Shown here: positions 21,895-33,381 of the stretch, one piece after another | Layout: every line of letters starts with the position of its first letter | How positions within the stretch are numbered: the first letter of the stretch is position 1 | Origin: an uncultured Gemmatimonadaceae bacterium | GTDB taxonomy: Bacteria; Gemmatimonadota; Gemmatimonadetes; Gemmatimonadales; Gemmatimonadaceae | Direction: 5' to 3' | Length of the DNA: 64,000 bases | Assembly (NCBI GenBank): GCA_963829055.1 | Contig: CAWHHI010000010.1 | Location: 32,001-96,000, forward strand | Made by a program: the position numbers and the translations under genes | The notes under the pieces: generated by a model | Told to the model about the DNA's origin: nothing | Databases searched by the model: none | What the model saw: only the letters and a program-made list of their open reading frames with translations

Positions 21895-22386
21895 CGTTGC
21901 GTTCCTCCACGATGTGGTGATGCGGGTCGGGCTGGGACGAATCGGTGGAGTACCCCACCGTTCGTCCGCCACGATATCGCCGAGAGCTGTCGTTGCGGTC
22001 AGGGGCATGTCGGGAAACGGTAGAGAGACGCGCTCCGTTCAGGCCACTCAGCTGCACGCTGGGAACATCTGCCGCCGGCTGCATGCTGCGGCCGCACGCT
22101 GCCCGCTGCTGCCAATACCGCCCGGTCACCCACGCGCTGCCCGCTGCATGCAGCCGCACCCAGCGTCACCCAGCAACAAGCACGACCACCCAGCAACCAG
22201 CCGCAGTTCTCTCCCTGTCTCGAGTCAGGGTGCGTTCCCCACCTCGGACAGGGACATTAGACCAGCCTAACAACTCCAAATTCCGGACGAATGACCGATC
22301 CACGATTCGCCCGGCGACGACGATCTTCCGGCCGCAAATCAGCTGCACGATCAGCCGCACGTTCGTCCATCTCCGCCGTGAGTCGT

Positions 22387-24558
22387 ATGACACGCAGATT
22401 CGCTTCGCGCGCCCGTTTCGCCGGCGCGCTTCGCCTTGTTCGCCGTCCGGCCCCTCTTCTCATCGCCTGGGCGCTCCCGAGCGTCCCCGGGCCGGCCACC
22501 GAGCCGGTCCGTCTTCCGAACCTAACGACGGCCGCTGCGCCCACAGTCAGCGAGCCGCTCTCTCGGATTACCGCCAGCGACAACCGCGTGCGCGCCGGTC
22601 GGCTCGAGGGCGGCGTGCTCACCGTTCGCCTCGACGCACGGAACGGCATGTGGTATCCCGAAGGCCCGAACGGTGTTGGGCTTCCAGTCGCCGCGTTCGC
22701 CGAAGAAGGCAAAGGGCTCCAGAACCCCGGGCCACTGATCCGCGTGCCCGTCGGCACCGAGGTGCGAGTCACGCTCCGCAATTCGCTCGCGAAGCCGCTC
22801 ACGGTATTCGGGCTCGGGCAACAGCGCGGGATCAGCGGAGACAGTGTGATCGTGCAGGCCGGAGAAGTCCGGGACGTACGGTTCCGTGCGACCGCTGCCG
22901 GCACCTACTACTACGCCGGCAGGACGAGTCCCAGCGGGCGCGTGCTCGGCCGAGGGGCGGCGGATAGTCAACTCAACGGCGCGATCGTGGTGGATCCGGC
23001 GGACGCCGGCGTCACGCCTAACGACCGCGTCTTCATGATCTCGTGGTGGTATAGCATCGCGCCCGCGAGCCCGACCGGCCTCGGCCGCGCGACCCTGGTG
23101 ATCAACGGCCGTTCGTGGCCGCACACCGAACGGCTGGATGCGACGCAGGGCGACTCGCTCCGCTGGCGGTGGATCAACCTCACGGAGCTCGACCACCCGA
23201 TGCACCTGCACGGGTTCTACTTCCGCGTCGATGCGGCCGGCGACGGAGCGAAATACACCACGTACACGCCCGACGAGCAGCGCCGCGCAGTGACCGAGGT
23301 TCTGCCGCCGGGAGGGACGATGGCGTTGGCGTGGTCACCCAACCGTGGCGGCAACTGGATCTTTCACTGCCACTTCGCCGGCCACATCTCGCACCTCGTG
23401 TCGCTCGGCACCGAGAACGGCCAGCCGATTGCCGGCCCGAGCGAGCAGGCGCACGACGGTGAGCATGTGCATGATGGCTCCGGTAATGGCCACGCGCATG
23501 CGGCTCCCCATCAGGCCCATCAGATGGCCGGCCTCGTGCTCGGCATCCGCGTCGCGCCACGCGGCGTCGCCGCCGCGGCAACGCGTGCGTACCGGCCGAT
23601 GCGGCTCCTGGTACGCTCGAAGCCTAACGTGTATGGCGAGCGGCCCGGGTTCTCGTACGTGCTCGGAGGATCACCGGCCGAGGCCGACACCACGACGTTG
23701 CCGTTGCCGGGCGCGACCCTGGTGCTGCAGAAGGATCAGCCGGTCGCGATCACGGTCGTGAACCAGTCGTTCGAACCGGCGGCCGTGCACTGGCACGGCA
23801 TCGAGCTGGAGAGCTTTCCCGACGGCGTCCCCGGCTGGAGCGGCGACGCGAAGTCGACGTTGCCGGCCATCCCTCCGGGGGATTCGCTCACGGTGCGCTT
23901 CACGCCGCCGCGTGCCGGAACGTTCATGTATCACTCGCACTTCAACGAGTTCAACCAGATCTCGTCCGGATTGTACGGGGCGATCGTCGTCGTCGACTCC
24001 GGGAAGAAGTACGATCCGGAAATCGATCGCGTGCTGCTCGTGAGCGATGACGGACCAACGACGAACATCATCCGCGGACCGTTCTCACGTGCGCTCCTCA
24101 ATGGACGCGCGAATCCCGAGCCGCTCGAGCTTCGCGCAGGGGTGACGTATCGCTTTCGCCTGATCAACATCCGGACGGACTACATGGCGACGATCGCGTT
24201 GCTCGATGGCGAGACGCCGCTCGAGTGGCGGGTGGTCGCGAAGGACGGCATGGACCTGCCGCCCTCCCAGGCGACGCTGCGTCCGGCACGGCTGACATTC
24301 GCCGCGGGCGAGATCCACGACGTGGAGTTCACGCCGCGCGCGCCAGGCGAGCTCACGCTGCAATTCGGGTCGCCGCAGCAGGGACCTATTGCGGCGCAGG
24401 TTGTCGGCGTGCGAGTGACAGGTGCGGTGAATCTCGGCCTGAGGAAGGAGGCCGGAGGAAGGAGGCCTGAGGAAGGAGGAGAAAGCGTGTCATCCCGAGG
24501 AGCGATAGCGACGAGCGGACCTTCTGTGAAGTACTCGTGGCAAGGCTGGCTACGATGA
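22387..24558 (+). CDS. Multicopper oxidase with four cupredoxin domains
   Basis: HPMHLHG, WIFHCHFAGH, His-rich insert, VHWHG and FMYHSH; the last ~40 codons run into a repeat. Confidence 0.88.
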   Translation: MTRRFASRARFAGALRLVRRPAPLLIAWALPSVPGPATEPVRLPNLTTAAAPTVSEPLSRITASDNRVRAGRLEGGVLTVRLDARNGMWYPEGPNGVGLPVAAFAEEGKGLQNPGPLIRVPVGTEVRVTLRNSLAKPLTVFGLGQQRGISGDSVIVQAGEVRDVRFRATAAGTYYYAGRTSPSGRVLGRGAADSQLNGAIVVDPADAGVTPNDRVFMISWWYSIAPASPTGLGRATLVINGRSWPHTERLDATQGDSLRWRWINLTELDHPMHLHGFYFRVDAAGDGAKYTTYTPDEQRRAVTEVLPPGGTMALAWSPNRGGNWIFHCHFAGHISHLVSLGTENGQPIAGPSEQAHDGEHVHDGSGNGHAHAAPHQAHQMAGLVLGIRVAPRGVAAAATRAYRPMRLLVRSKPNVYGERPGFSYVLGGSPAEADTTTLPLPGATLVLQKDQPVAITVVNQSFEPAAVHWHGIELESFPDGVPGWSGDAKSTLPAIPPGDSLTVRFTPPRAGTFMYHSHFNEFNQISSGLYGAIVVVDSGKKYDPEIDRVLLVSDDGPTTNIIRGPFSRALLNGRANPEPLELRAGVTYRFRLINIRTDYMATIALLDGETPLEWRVVAKDGMDLPPSQATLRPARLTFAAGEIHDVEFTPRAPGELTLQFGSPQQGPIAAQVVGVRVTGAVNLGLRKEAGGRRPEEGGESVSSRGAIATSGPSVKYSWQGWLR

Positions 24559-24597
24559 CTTCGAGAAGATCCCCGTCGCTCGCCGCTCGGGATGACA
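24488..24597. repeat. REP family A1 element with 7-bp-repeat flanks
   Basis: TGTCATCCCGAG...CTCGGGATGACA terminal IR; flanks contain GGAAGGAGG and CCGCCGT-type tandem repeats. Confidence 0.85.
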
Positions 24598-24654
24598 CCG
24601 CCTTTCCTCCGCCATCCGCCGTCCGCCGTCCGCCCTCCTTCCGCCAGGCCTATC

Positions 24655-27170
24655 TCATCCACCCCGCAACGCTACCAATGGCTGCACCCCCGCCGCCCGG
24701 CGCGCCGGGAGCCAGCAGGCGACGCCGGCAATCGCCAGGAACACCACGACCATCGTCGCGAACGTCAGTGGGTCGTTAGGCGTCACGCCGACGAGCAGTT
24801 TCGTCATCGCTCGCGTCAGCACGAGCGCCGCCGCGAGGCCTACCACAATGCCGATCGCGCTCAGGGCCAGGCCCTGGCCCACGACCATGCGGAAGATTTC
24901 CGACGGCTGCGCGCCGAACGCCATCCGCACGCCGATCTCCGCCACGCGCTGGCGCACGAGGCTCGAGAGTACGCCGTACAGTCCGATCGCCGCCAGCGTC
25001 GCGGCGAGGCCCGCGAACACCGCGATCAACGCCATCGCGAATCGCGTCGGCGCCATCGCGCGATCGATGTAGTCGGTCAGCGGCCTGACCTCCGTGACGA
25101 GGAGCTGCGGATCGAGGTCCGTCAGCGCCGAGCGCACCGGGCCGGCGAGCGCCGCGGGATCGCCATTCGTGCGAACGATCCAGGCGCCGGCGGCGTTCTG
25201 CTGCGCGCCGTTGCTGAAGTAGATCGACTCCTTCTCATCGCCCACGAGCGACGTGTGCCGCTGATGCGCCACGACACCGATGACCTCGAACTTTTCGGGC
25301 TGCGGGGTCGAGATGCGAGCCAGCAGGCTTTTGCCGACCGCCGATTCGTTCGGAAACGCCAGCGCGGCGACGCGATCGTCGATCACGATCGTCTTGGCGT
25401 TAGGCGCGTCATCGCGGGCGTCGAAGGTGCGCCCGGCGATCAGCCGACCGCGCATTGCCTCGAAGTACCCCGGCATCACGATGTGAAACTGGCCCTGGCG
25501 GAACTTCGTCGGGTCGCCAATGGCGGCGTCCGTGCCCCATCGCCCGCTCGACTGCAGATTCTCCAGCGGCAACACTGCCGTGGCGGTCACGGCCTGCACG
25601 CCGGGCACGCCGCTCAGCCGTTGGCGAATGAGCGAGTTCTTCGCGACCGCCTCTTCGTTCGAGCGCACGCGCAGGTTCCCGAGGCGGAACGTGAGCAGTC
25701 CGTTCGCGGTGAAGCCCGGGTCTACGTGCTGGAGCGCGACGGCGCTCCGGATCATGAGCCCGCACCCGACGAGGAGCACGAACGACAGCGCCACCTCCGC
25801 CATCACCACCGACTTTCGCAAGAGTGTGCCGTGCCCGCCGGTCGCGCCTCGTCCACCCGCGCGCAACGCCTCCGAGAGGTCCGGACGCGACGCTCGCACC
25901 GCGGGCACCAGTCCGAAGACGATCGACGACAGGACACACGCGCCGATGGCGAACGCGAGCACGGTCGGATCCATCGACACCGCGGTCATCCGTGGAAGGT
26001 CCGCCGGCGCAAGTCTCAGCAGGAGGCCGATCCCGAAGTACGCGAAGACCAGCCCAAGCAAACCGCCAGCGCCGGCGAGCACGAGACTCTCCGCGAGCAG
26101 CTGTCGCGTGAGCGCCCACTGCGATCCACCTAACGCCGCGCGCACCGCCATCTCGCGATCGCGGCCGGAGAGCGCGCACGAGCAGCAGGTTCGCGACGTT
26201 CGCGCAGGCGATGAGCAGCACGAAGATCACGGCGCCCATGAGCGCACGGATCGTCGGCTTCACGGTCGCGACGACGTTCTCCTTCATCGACTCGACACGA
26301 AAGTGATGGTCCACCGACTGCTTGATCGCGAATCGCGTGCGAAGGTCCGCCGCGACCCGCTCCACCTGCTGTTGAGCCGCCGCGAGCGTCGTCGTCGCCT
26401 TCATGCGACCGACCACGAAGCAGCACACGTTCGTGCGCAGCGAGGTCGGCGGCGTAGTCGAAGCGAATCGCCGTCCACACGTCGGGCACACGTGCCACGT
26501 TGGCCTTGGGAGGAAAGAGCAGCTCGACACCCGGCGCGAGCACTCCGACGACCTGCACGGGGCCGAAGTCCAGCTGAATGTTCTTCCCAATGATCGATGG
26601 GTCGGCGCCGTACTGGCGTCGCCAGAACCCGTCGCTCAGCACGGCGATCTGCGGCAGGCGTGGCTGTGGCGGGCCAGCCGGTTGGGCCTGCGGACCACCG
26701 GCCTGCGGACCCCCATCGGGTTGCGGCGCGCGCGGCTGGGCGCGGCCGTCTTCGTCGGTGAAGCCGCGCCCGCGGGCGATCTTCACACCGAGCACGGAGA
26801 AGATGTTGGTCGTCACGCCAGCCGTCTGGATCTGCTGCGGCGGCCCGCCTTCGACGATCAGCGCAGCCGGGTTGGTGTTGACGGCGGCGAGGCCTTCGAA
26901 CAGCGTCGCCTGATCCATCAGGTCCTTGAGATCGCCCGGCGAGAACAGCCAGTCGTACACTTTCCGCGTCCGGAGCTCGCCCCAGATGATGGTGAGGCGC
27001 TCGGGGTGGTCGTACGGCAGCGGCCGGAGCAGGACCGAGTTCACGACGCTGAAGATGGCGGTCGTGGCTCCGATGCCGAGCGCCAGGGTGGCAATCGCGG
27101 TGAGCGCGAACGCGAGGTTCTTGCGCAGCGTGCGCGCGGCGAAGATCAGGTCTCGCACGAACATCCGCAT
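24655..27170 (-). CDS. ADOP-type duplicated ABC permease (MacB_PCD/FtsX); frameshifted
   Basis: TLALGIGATTAIFSVVNSVLLRPLPY, LLIACANVANLLL, RQLLAESL, GLYGVL...EIGVRMAFGA, PARRAA. Spread over ORFs 26130..27170, part of 25409..26590 and 24655..26151. Confidence 0.88.
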
Positions 27171-27548
27171 GGTGTCGCTCCGGGGTGGGCGGACGCCGCC
27201 GGGTTTCGCTACGGGCGGTAGCCCAATATGCCACTCGATGTTCGGTGGCTGTCAATGACGGGCCGTGCTGGTCAGGAGGCGTACTCGCCGGGCTAGCCAC
27301 CTGGCCGGCGTTAGGTGCTGTGGGCAGGCCGCGAGGCGAGCGCCGTGAGCGCCCGTCCGGCGTGACGAGCCGTCCGCGCGTCGGTCGACGCCGCGAACGC
27401 ACGAAGGTCCGCCTCAAAACCCGGTGTCGCAATCCTGACCGTGAGTTGACAGTACCCGCAGCTCTCCCGCGAAGCGATCTCATCGCGGCGCATGTCCAGA
27501 GTTGGTTGTCGCATGTCCGCTCTGGTTGGCAGAGTGCGTTTCGGGAGC

Positions 27549-28155
27549 ATGAGCGCAGCAAAATTGACTCGCCGGGATTTCCTCACTGATTCGAGCCGAG
27601 CCGCCACCGCGAGCTGGCTGGCTCTTCACCTCCCGTGGCTCACTGCACTCGCCAGCTGTGCCCGCACTGACGCGCCGGCCGACGGTGCCTTCACCAAGCT
27701 CACGCCCGCGGAATCGCGCGCAATGCGGGCATTCGCCGCGCAGATCATCCCGTCGGACGACGGCATCGCCGGGCGCCGAGGAAGCCGGCGCCGTCCACTT
27801 CGTCGATCGCGCGCTCGGCATGCCGTCGTTCGCGAATAGCGTCGCCGTCATCCGCGCCGGCCTCGCCGATCTCGACGTGCGTGCCGGCCACATCGATGCG
27901 AGCGAACGGTATTCGCGTCGCTCTCGGGCGAGCAGCAGATCGCGATCATGCGAGCAGATCGAGCACGACGCCGTTCTTCACGGCCGCGCGCGCGCTCGTC
28001 GTCATCGGCACGTTCGCCGACCCGTCGTACGGCGGGAACAAGGGCGGCGCCGGCTGGATGATGATCGGCATCGACCATCGCCCGACGCTACTCGGCGCCA
28101 TTCGGCTGGTACGACGCGTCGTTAGGTCAGGATGCACCGAGGGCGCGTCGCATGA
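27549..28155 (+). CDS. Tat-exported gluconate 2-dehydrogenase subunit 3 family protein; frameshifted
   Basis: LTRRDFL twin-Arg signal; IIPSDD..PGAEEAGAVHFVDRAL; GTFADPSYGGN..GWMMIG. Confidence 0.8.
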
Positions 28156-29815
28156 CGCAACGCGTACATATGCCGAGAGCGAGACCGTCGATTTCGTGAT
28201 CGTCGGATCCGGCGCCGCGGGCGGCGTGCTGGCGAAGGAGCTCTCGACCGCCGGCTTCGATGTCGTCGTGCTCGAGCAGGGTCCATGGCAGCAGCCATCG
28301 CAGTTCACGCACGACGAGCTCGCGGTCGAGCGGCAGTTCGAGATGCTCAACATCGCGGTCGAGCCGGTTCAGACGTATCCGAACGACAGAAGCCGAACCG
28401 GCGAAGCCGGAACACCGGGCGCGCTGCTCGCGTACCGCCGGGGCGTGGGCGGCAGCAGCGTGCACTTCGCCGCGAATTACTGGCGGTTCCGCCCGATCGA
28501 CTTCAACGAGCGTTCGCGGTGGGGATCGATCAGCGGCACCGGGTTCGCCGACTGGCCGATCACGTACGAGGAGCTCGAGCCGTACTACACGAAGGTCGAT
28601 TGGGAGATCGGCGTGTCCGGCGCCCCGGGGCCGTTCGATGCACGCCGCGCTCGCGGCCTATCCGCTCCCGCCGCTGCCTAACAAGTCGTCCGGCGTGCTG
28701 CTCGAGCGTGCCGCGAGCAGGCTCGGCCTGCACGCCCAGGTGTCGCCGATGGCGATCCTCTCGAAGCCGTACGACGGCCGCTCAGCGTGCATGGCGTGTG
28801 GACACTGCTCGCTACTATGGGTGCGAGTTCGGCGCGAAGTCGTCGACGCTCGCGACGGTGATCCCGAAAGCGGTCACGACCGGTCGGTGCGAGATCCGCG
28901 CCGAGTCTACCGTCTTCCGCGTCGAGACGAACACCAGGGGACGTGCGACCGGCGTCGTATACTGGGATCGCGCGGGCAAGGAGCGGCGCCAGTCCGCTCG
29001 CGCTGTCGTGCTCGCGGCGAACGGGGCCGAGACGACTCGGCTGCTGCTCCTGTCGACGTCGCCGGCGTTTCCGCACGGTCTCGCGAACTCGAGCGGGAAC
29101 GTCGGTCGCTACATCATGTTCAACGGCCACGCGAGCACGTTCGGCCGCTTCGAGCATCCGCTGAACGAGTACAAGGGCGCCGTCGCGAGCCGCGTCGTGC
29201 ATGACTTCTACGAATCGGACGCGAAGCGTGGCTTCTACGGCGGCGGCGGCATCGATGCGCGCTTCCCGTACGGTCCGATCATGTTCGCCGCTGACCGAGA
29301 CTGCCGCCCGATCGTGCCGGCGTGGGGACGCGAGTACAAGCGAACGCTTCGCGACTACTACACGCACTCGGTCCGGTTCATGGCGCACCTCACGTCGCTG
29401 CCGGTCGCGACGCAACACCATCTCGCTCGATCCCGAGCACCGGGATTCGTGGGGACGTCCCGCGTTGCGCCTAACGTACCGGGACCATCCGGACGACATG
29501 AAGGCGGAGCACTGGTTCCACGATCGGACGCAGGAGCTGATGGAAGCGGCCGGTGCGACGCGACGTCTGGCGAGTGCCGATTCTCCCGATCGGATGGCGG
29601 CGTTCACCTGCTCGGCACCGCGCGCATGGGCAACGATCCGCGCGATTCGGTGGTCGACCGCTACCACCGCGCGCACGACGTGCCGAACCTCTTCATCTGC
29701 GACGGCAGCAGCTTCGTCACGTCGGGCCGCGGCCAGCCGACGATGACGATCCAGGCGCTCGCGTTTCGCGCCGCCGAGCATATCGCGCGGCTTCGCGCGG
29801 TCGCACGAGATCTGA
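28152..29815 (+). CDS. GMC family flavoprotein oxidoreductase; several frameshifts
   Basis: VIVGSGAAGG, VGGSSVHF, WPITYEELEPYY, CxxCGxC, HLLGTARMG, NLFICDGSSF, PTMTIQALAFRAAE. Confidence 0.88.
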
Positions 29816-29904
29816 CTAGGCCTTGGGAAGAGGAAGGAGGCCTGAGGAAGGAGGGCGGAGGGCGGAGGGCGGAGGGCGGAGGGCGGATGGCGGAGAAACG
29901 GCGG

Positions 29905-30006
29905 TGTCATCCCGAGCGCCAGCGAGGGATCTTCTCGAACGTACATCGTGGCTAGACCGGCCACGAGTACTTCACCGAAGATCCCTCGCTGCCGCTCGGG
30001 ATGACA
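29905..30006. repeat. REP family A1 element preceded by a (GGAGGGC)n tandem
   Basis: TGTCATCCCGAG...CTCGGGATGACA; inverted homologue of 24488-24650. Confidence 0.85.
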
Positions 30007-30096
30007 ACCTGAATCAATCCGTTAGATCAGACGAATCCGTTCGCTCCTGTTGTCTGAGATGGCTGCGGAAGTAGTCACTGGTGTCTTCGCGATCCG

Positions 30097-31350
30097 CTAG
30101 GCGCGCGCCATCGCGCCAGCGAGCAACTGACAGAGCACCGCTCCCACGATGCTCATCGAGAGCCCCCAGATGAGCAGCTGGCGGAACAGCACGCGCGCGT
30201 CCGCGACATCCGCCACCGCGGCCACGCAGAGCGCGCCTAACGTCGAGAGCGGGGAGACGTCCACCAGCGCACCGCCCACGTTGATGCTGAGCGAGACGGC
30301 GAGTGGGTCACCGCCTCCTACCTTCGCGACGAGCCCGGGCACCGCCGGCAGAAAGGTCGGCATCACCACACCAGTGGTGCTGCTCCAACTCGAGATCAAG
30401 CCGGTCACGAATGCGACCACGCCGTTCACACTCGCCGGCGTCGCCAGGCGCGCGAGCAGCGACGTGAAGAGATCCATGCCGCCGGTCTTCTCGAGGAGCG
30501 CGATGAGCACGGTCACACCGCACACCATCATGATCACGCCCCAGGGAACGCGCCGCACAGCGGACGACTCGTCAGCGAGCCGCGCCAGGACGATGATCGA
30601 CGCCGCCGCGAACGCCGCCATGCCGACGCTCGCCTTGAACCCGACGACGGCGACGATCCACACACCAATGACGGCAAGCGTGATCGCGTGGCGTCGATCG
30701 AAATCGACGACCGGGAGCGCCTCGCCGTCCACCGCGGCTTTGCGAGGAGTCAGACGATATCCGCCTAACACCAGATACGCGGCGGCCGACACGAGCGCGT
30801 GCGCAATGAGACTCGCGAGCCACACCTTCGTCTCGTGGCCACCATTGCCAGCCTCCGCCATCTTCGTGTTCGCGATGACGCCGGCCGCGCTGATCGGCGA
30901 GAGATTCCCCGCATTCGCCCCATTGGCCACCATGAGCGAGGTCAGGAACGGCGGCACGCCGGCACGGGTGCTGACGGCCATCGCCAGTGGAATCAGCAGG
31001 GCGACAGTGGAGATCGCACCCGGGCCGATCGACGACAGCGTGAACGCGATGACGAAGAACACCAGCGGGATGACACGCGCGTTGCCACGTGCGAGCCTGA
31101 CGGCGCGGTTCGCGAGCCGCTCCAGCGTCCCATTCGTTTCCGCAAGCGCGAACAGCAGCGTGACGCCCGCGAGCGTGAGAAAGAGCGACGACGGAAACCC
31201 CGCCGCGACCTGATCCGGCTTGAGGCCGGCCATCGCCGTGCCGATGATCCACGCGAACGCCATCGCCACCACGCCGACGTTCACGCGCGACGTGAGCGAC
31301 AGCGCGATCGCGAGCAGCAGCGCGATGAGCGACGCGACTGCCGGGCTCAA
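30097..31350 (-). CDS. matC: MatC-like dicarboxylate (malonate) carrier, SLC13/IT superfamily
   Basis: NVGVVA, GFPSSLFLTLAGVTLLF..A..NGT, SPIS, DVSPLSTLGALCVA; overlaps the stop of the matB-like gene. Confidence 0.75.
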   Translation of the reverse strand: MSPAVASLIALLLAIALSLTSRVNVGVVAMAFAWIIGTAMAGLKPDQVAAGFPSSLFLTLAGVTLLFALAETNGTLERLANRAVRLARGNARVIPLVFFVIAFTLSSIGPGAISTVALLIPLAMAVSTRAGVPPFLTSLMVANGANAGNLSPISAAGVIANTKMAEAGNGGHETKVWLASLIAHALVSAAAYLVLGGYRLTPRKAAVDGEALPVVDFDRRHAITLAVIGVWIVAVVGFKASVGMAAFAAASIIVLARLADESSAVRRVPWGVIMMVCGVTVLIALLEKTGGMDLFTSLLARLATPASVNGVVAFVTGLISSWSSTTGVVMPTFLPAVPGLVAKVGGGDPLAVSLSINVGGALVDVSPLSTLGALCVAAVADVADARVLFRQLLIWGLSMSIVGAVLCQLLAGAMARA

Positions 31351-32822
31351 GCGCCCGCCCAGGGCGGCAGGAAGCGCTTCTGCACCTTGCCTAACGCATT
31401 ACGCGGGAGTGCGTCCACGCGAACGAATCCGCGCGGCACCTTGAATGACGCGAGCGACCGGACGCACGCCGCACGCAGCGCCTCCGCATCCATCGGGCCG
31501 TCGCTCACGACGTACGCCACCGGCACCTCGCCGCGTCGCTCGTCAGGCGCACCCACCACCGCGGCCTCTCGCACGCCGGGCTGTTCCAGCAACAGCTCCT
31601 CGATCTCGCGCGGATAGATGTTGAAGCCGCCCGATATGATCAGGTCCGACGCCCGGCCTCGCAGCGTGTAGTACCCATCCGCCGAGCGCTCGGCCAGATC
31701 GCCCGTGCGGAACCACCCGTCTTCGAACGCCGCCGTTGTCGCGTCCGGATTCTGCCAGTAGCCGGCGAACACGTTAGGCCCACGGACCAGCACCTGGGCG
31801 ATCTCCCCTTCCCCGGGCGCTTGACCGCTCGGCAGGGCGAGCCGCACCGAGACTCCCGGAAGCGGGAGCCCCACTGTCCCCGGTCGCCGCTCGCCCTCAT
31901 ACGGATTCGAGATGAGCATGAGCGTCTCGCTCATGCCGTAGCGCTCGAGGATCGTGTGGCCGAAACGCTCACGAAACGCGTCGTGTACCTGCGCTGGTAG
32001 CGGCGCCGAGCCGGAGACGAACAGCCGCGCGCGCTCGCCGATGCGGTGCGCCGCGTCAGGCGGCAGCTCCAGCAGACGGATGTAGATCGTGGGCACGCCG
32101 AAGAAGAGCGTCGGCTGAAACTCCTCGAAGAGCGCGGCCGCGCGCTGATGCTCGAAGCGTTCGACGAGCCGCATGCGACACCCGCTCACGAGCCACGCGC
32201 ACACGCCGTTGCCGAGTCCGTGTACGTGGAAGAGCGGAAGCACGGCGAGGTAGCGGTCGTCGCTCGTGATGCGCCAGCACGTCACGAGATTCACCGCGTT
32301 GGCGGCGAAGTTGTTGTGCGAGAGTGTCGCGCCCTTGGATCGCCCGGTGGTCCCTGACGTGTAGACGAGCGCCGCCGGCTCGTCGCCGTCGATCGTGAGG
32401 CGGATGCGCTCCGCCGACTGCGCAGCGGCTTCGGTTGCGACGTCCTCGATGTCCACCACCGTGCTTCCGCCGAACAACCCCGTATGCTCGGCCGACGTTA
32501 TGCTGAAGCTCGGAGCGGCGTCAGCGACGATGTGGCCGATCTCGCGCTCCCGGTACAGCACGTTCACCGGAACGAAGATCACGCCCATGCGCACGCAGGC
32601 GAGGAAGAGATCGAGGAAGTCGACGCGGTTCGCGAGGTGCACGCACAGGCGATCACCACGCACGAGCCCACGCGCCGCGAGCGCGCGCGCCATCCGGTTC
32701 GCGCGCGCGTCGATGTCGCCGAACGTCAGTGTGCGGGTGAGGCCGTCAGACGCGTCGTGCTCGAGCGCGACGGTGTCGCGCCGGCCGACGAGCGAGAGAT
32801 CGAAAAGGTCGCCGAGTTGCAT
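31347..32822 (-). CDS. matB: Malonyl-CoA synthetase-like AMP-binding enzyme
   Basis: YTSGTTGRSKGA, LPLFHVHGL, RLFVSGSAPL, ILERYGMSET, LIISGGFNIYPREIE, PRNALGKVQK. Confidence 0.8.
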   Translation of the reverse strand: MQLGDLFDLSLVGRRDTVALEHDASDGLTRTLTFGDIDARANRMARALAARGLVRGDRLCVHLANRVDFLDLFLACVRMGVIFVPVNVLYREREIGHIVADAAPSFSITSAEHTGLFGGSTVVDIEDVATEAAAQSAERIRLTIDGDEPAALVYTSGTTGRSKGATLSHNNFAANAVNLVTCWRITSDDRYLAVLPLFHVHGLGNGVCAWLVSGCRMRLVERFEHQRAAALFEEFQPTLFFGVPTIYIRLLELPPDAAHRIGERARLFVSGSAPLPAQVHDAFRERFGHTILERYGMSETLMLISNPYEGERRPGTVGLPLPGVSVRLALPSGQAPGEGEIAQVLVRGPNVFAGYWQNPDATTAAFEDGWFRTGDLAERSADGYYTLRGRASDLIISGGFNIYPREIEELLLEQPGVREAAVVGAPDERRGEVPVAYVVSDGPMDAEALRAACVRSLASFKVPRGFVRVDALPRNALGKVQKRFLPPWAGA

Positions 32823-32870
32823 GCGCGCAGATGGTAGCTCGCGAATGGCCGCGGGCGCGAGGGCCGGAGC

Positions 32871-33341
32871 TTACGTAGGACGCAAGCGCGCCTGAGCCAG
32901 GTCGTCCGGCTCGTTGGCGCGCGCGACCAGCTCGAGTGTCTTCCGCAACGAGCGTACGGCCGCACTTCCGGCATCGCGGACCAGGCGTCGCTCGAACGCG
33001 GCGTGGAACCGCCGTGCGGCCGCCAGTGCGTCGCGCCCCCGCTTGGCGAGGCGAAGGCGCTTGACGCGCGCGTCGTCGGGATCCGCCCGCCGCTCTACGT
33101 ATCCGCGATCGACCATCTCCGTCAGGATCTTGGCCGTCCCCTGATCGGTGATGCCGAGCCTGCCCGCCAGCTCACGCTGACTCAGCTCGTCGGCCGAGAG
33201 CGCGCGGAATACGTAGCCGTACGCCCCTCCGAGATCATCGAACCCCTGAGCGGCGAGCGCTGCGCGGAGCTCATCAGTGAACCCCTGATAGGCGAGGCCC
33301 AGCAGAATGCCAAGATCAATATCGGATATTTGTTCAACCAT
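32871..33341 (-). CDS. MarR family transcriptional regulator
   Basis: SQRELAGRLGIT...RGYVERRADPDDARVKRLRL. Confidence 0.9.
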   Translation of the reverse strand: MVEQISDIDLGILLGLAYQGFTDELRAALAAQGFDDLGGAYGYVFRALSADELSQRELAGRLGITDQGTAKILTEMVDRGYVERRADPDDARVKRLRLAKRGRDALAAARRFHAAFERRLVRDAGSAAVRSLRKTLELVARANEPDDLAQARLRPT

Positions 33342-33347
33342 GGTTGA
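33334..33347. promoter_or_regulatory. Perfect 14-bp palindrome, probable MarR operator
   Basis: TCAACCATGGTTGA overlaps the marR start codon in an AT-rich divergent region. Confidence 0.55.
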
Positions 33348-33381
33348 TCATCTGTGGTGAAGTATATATACTGTGCGCACC

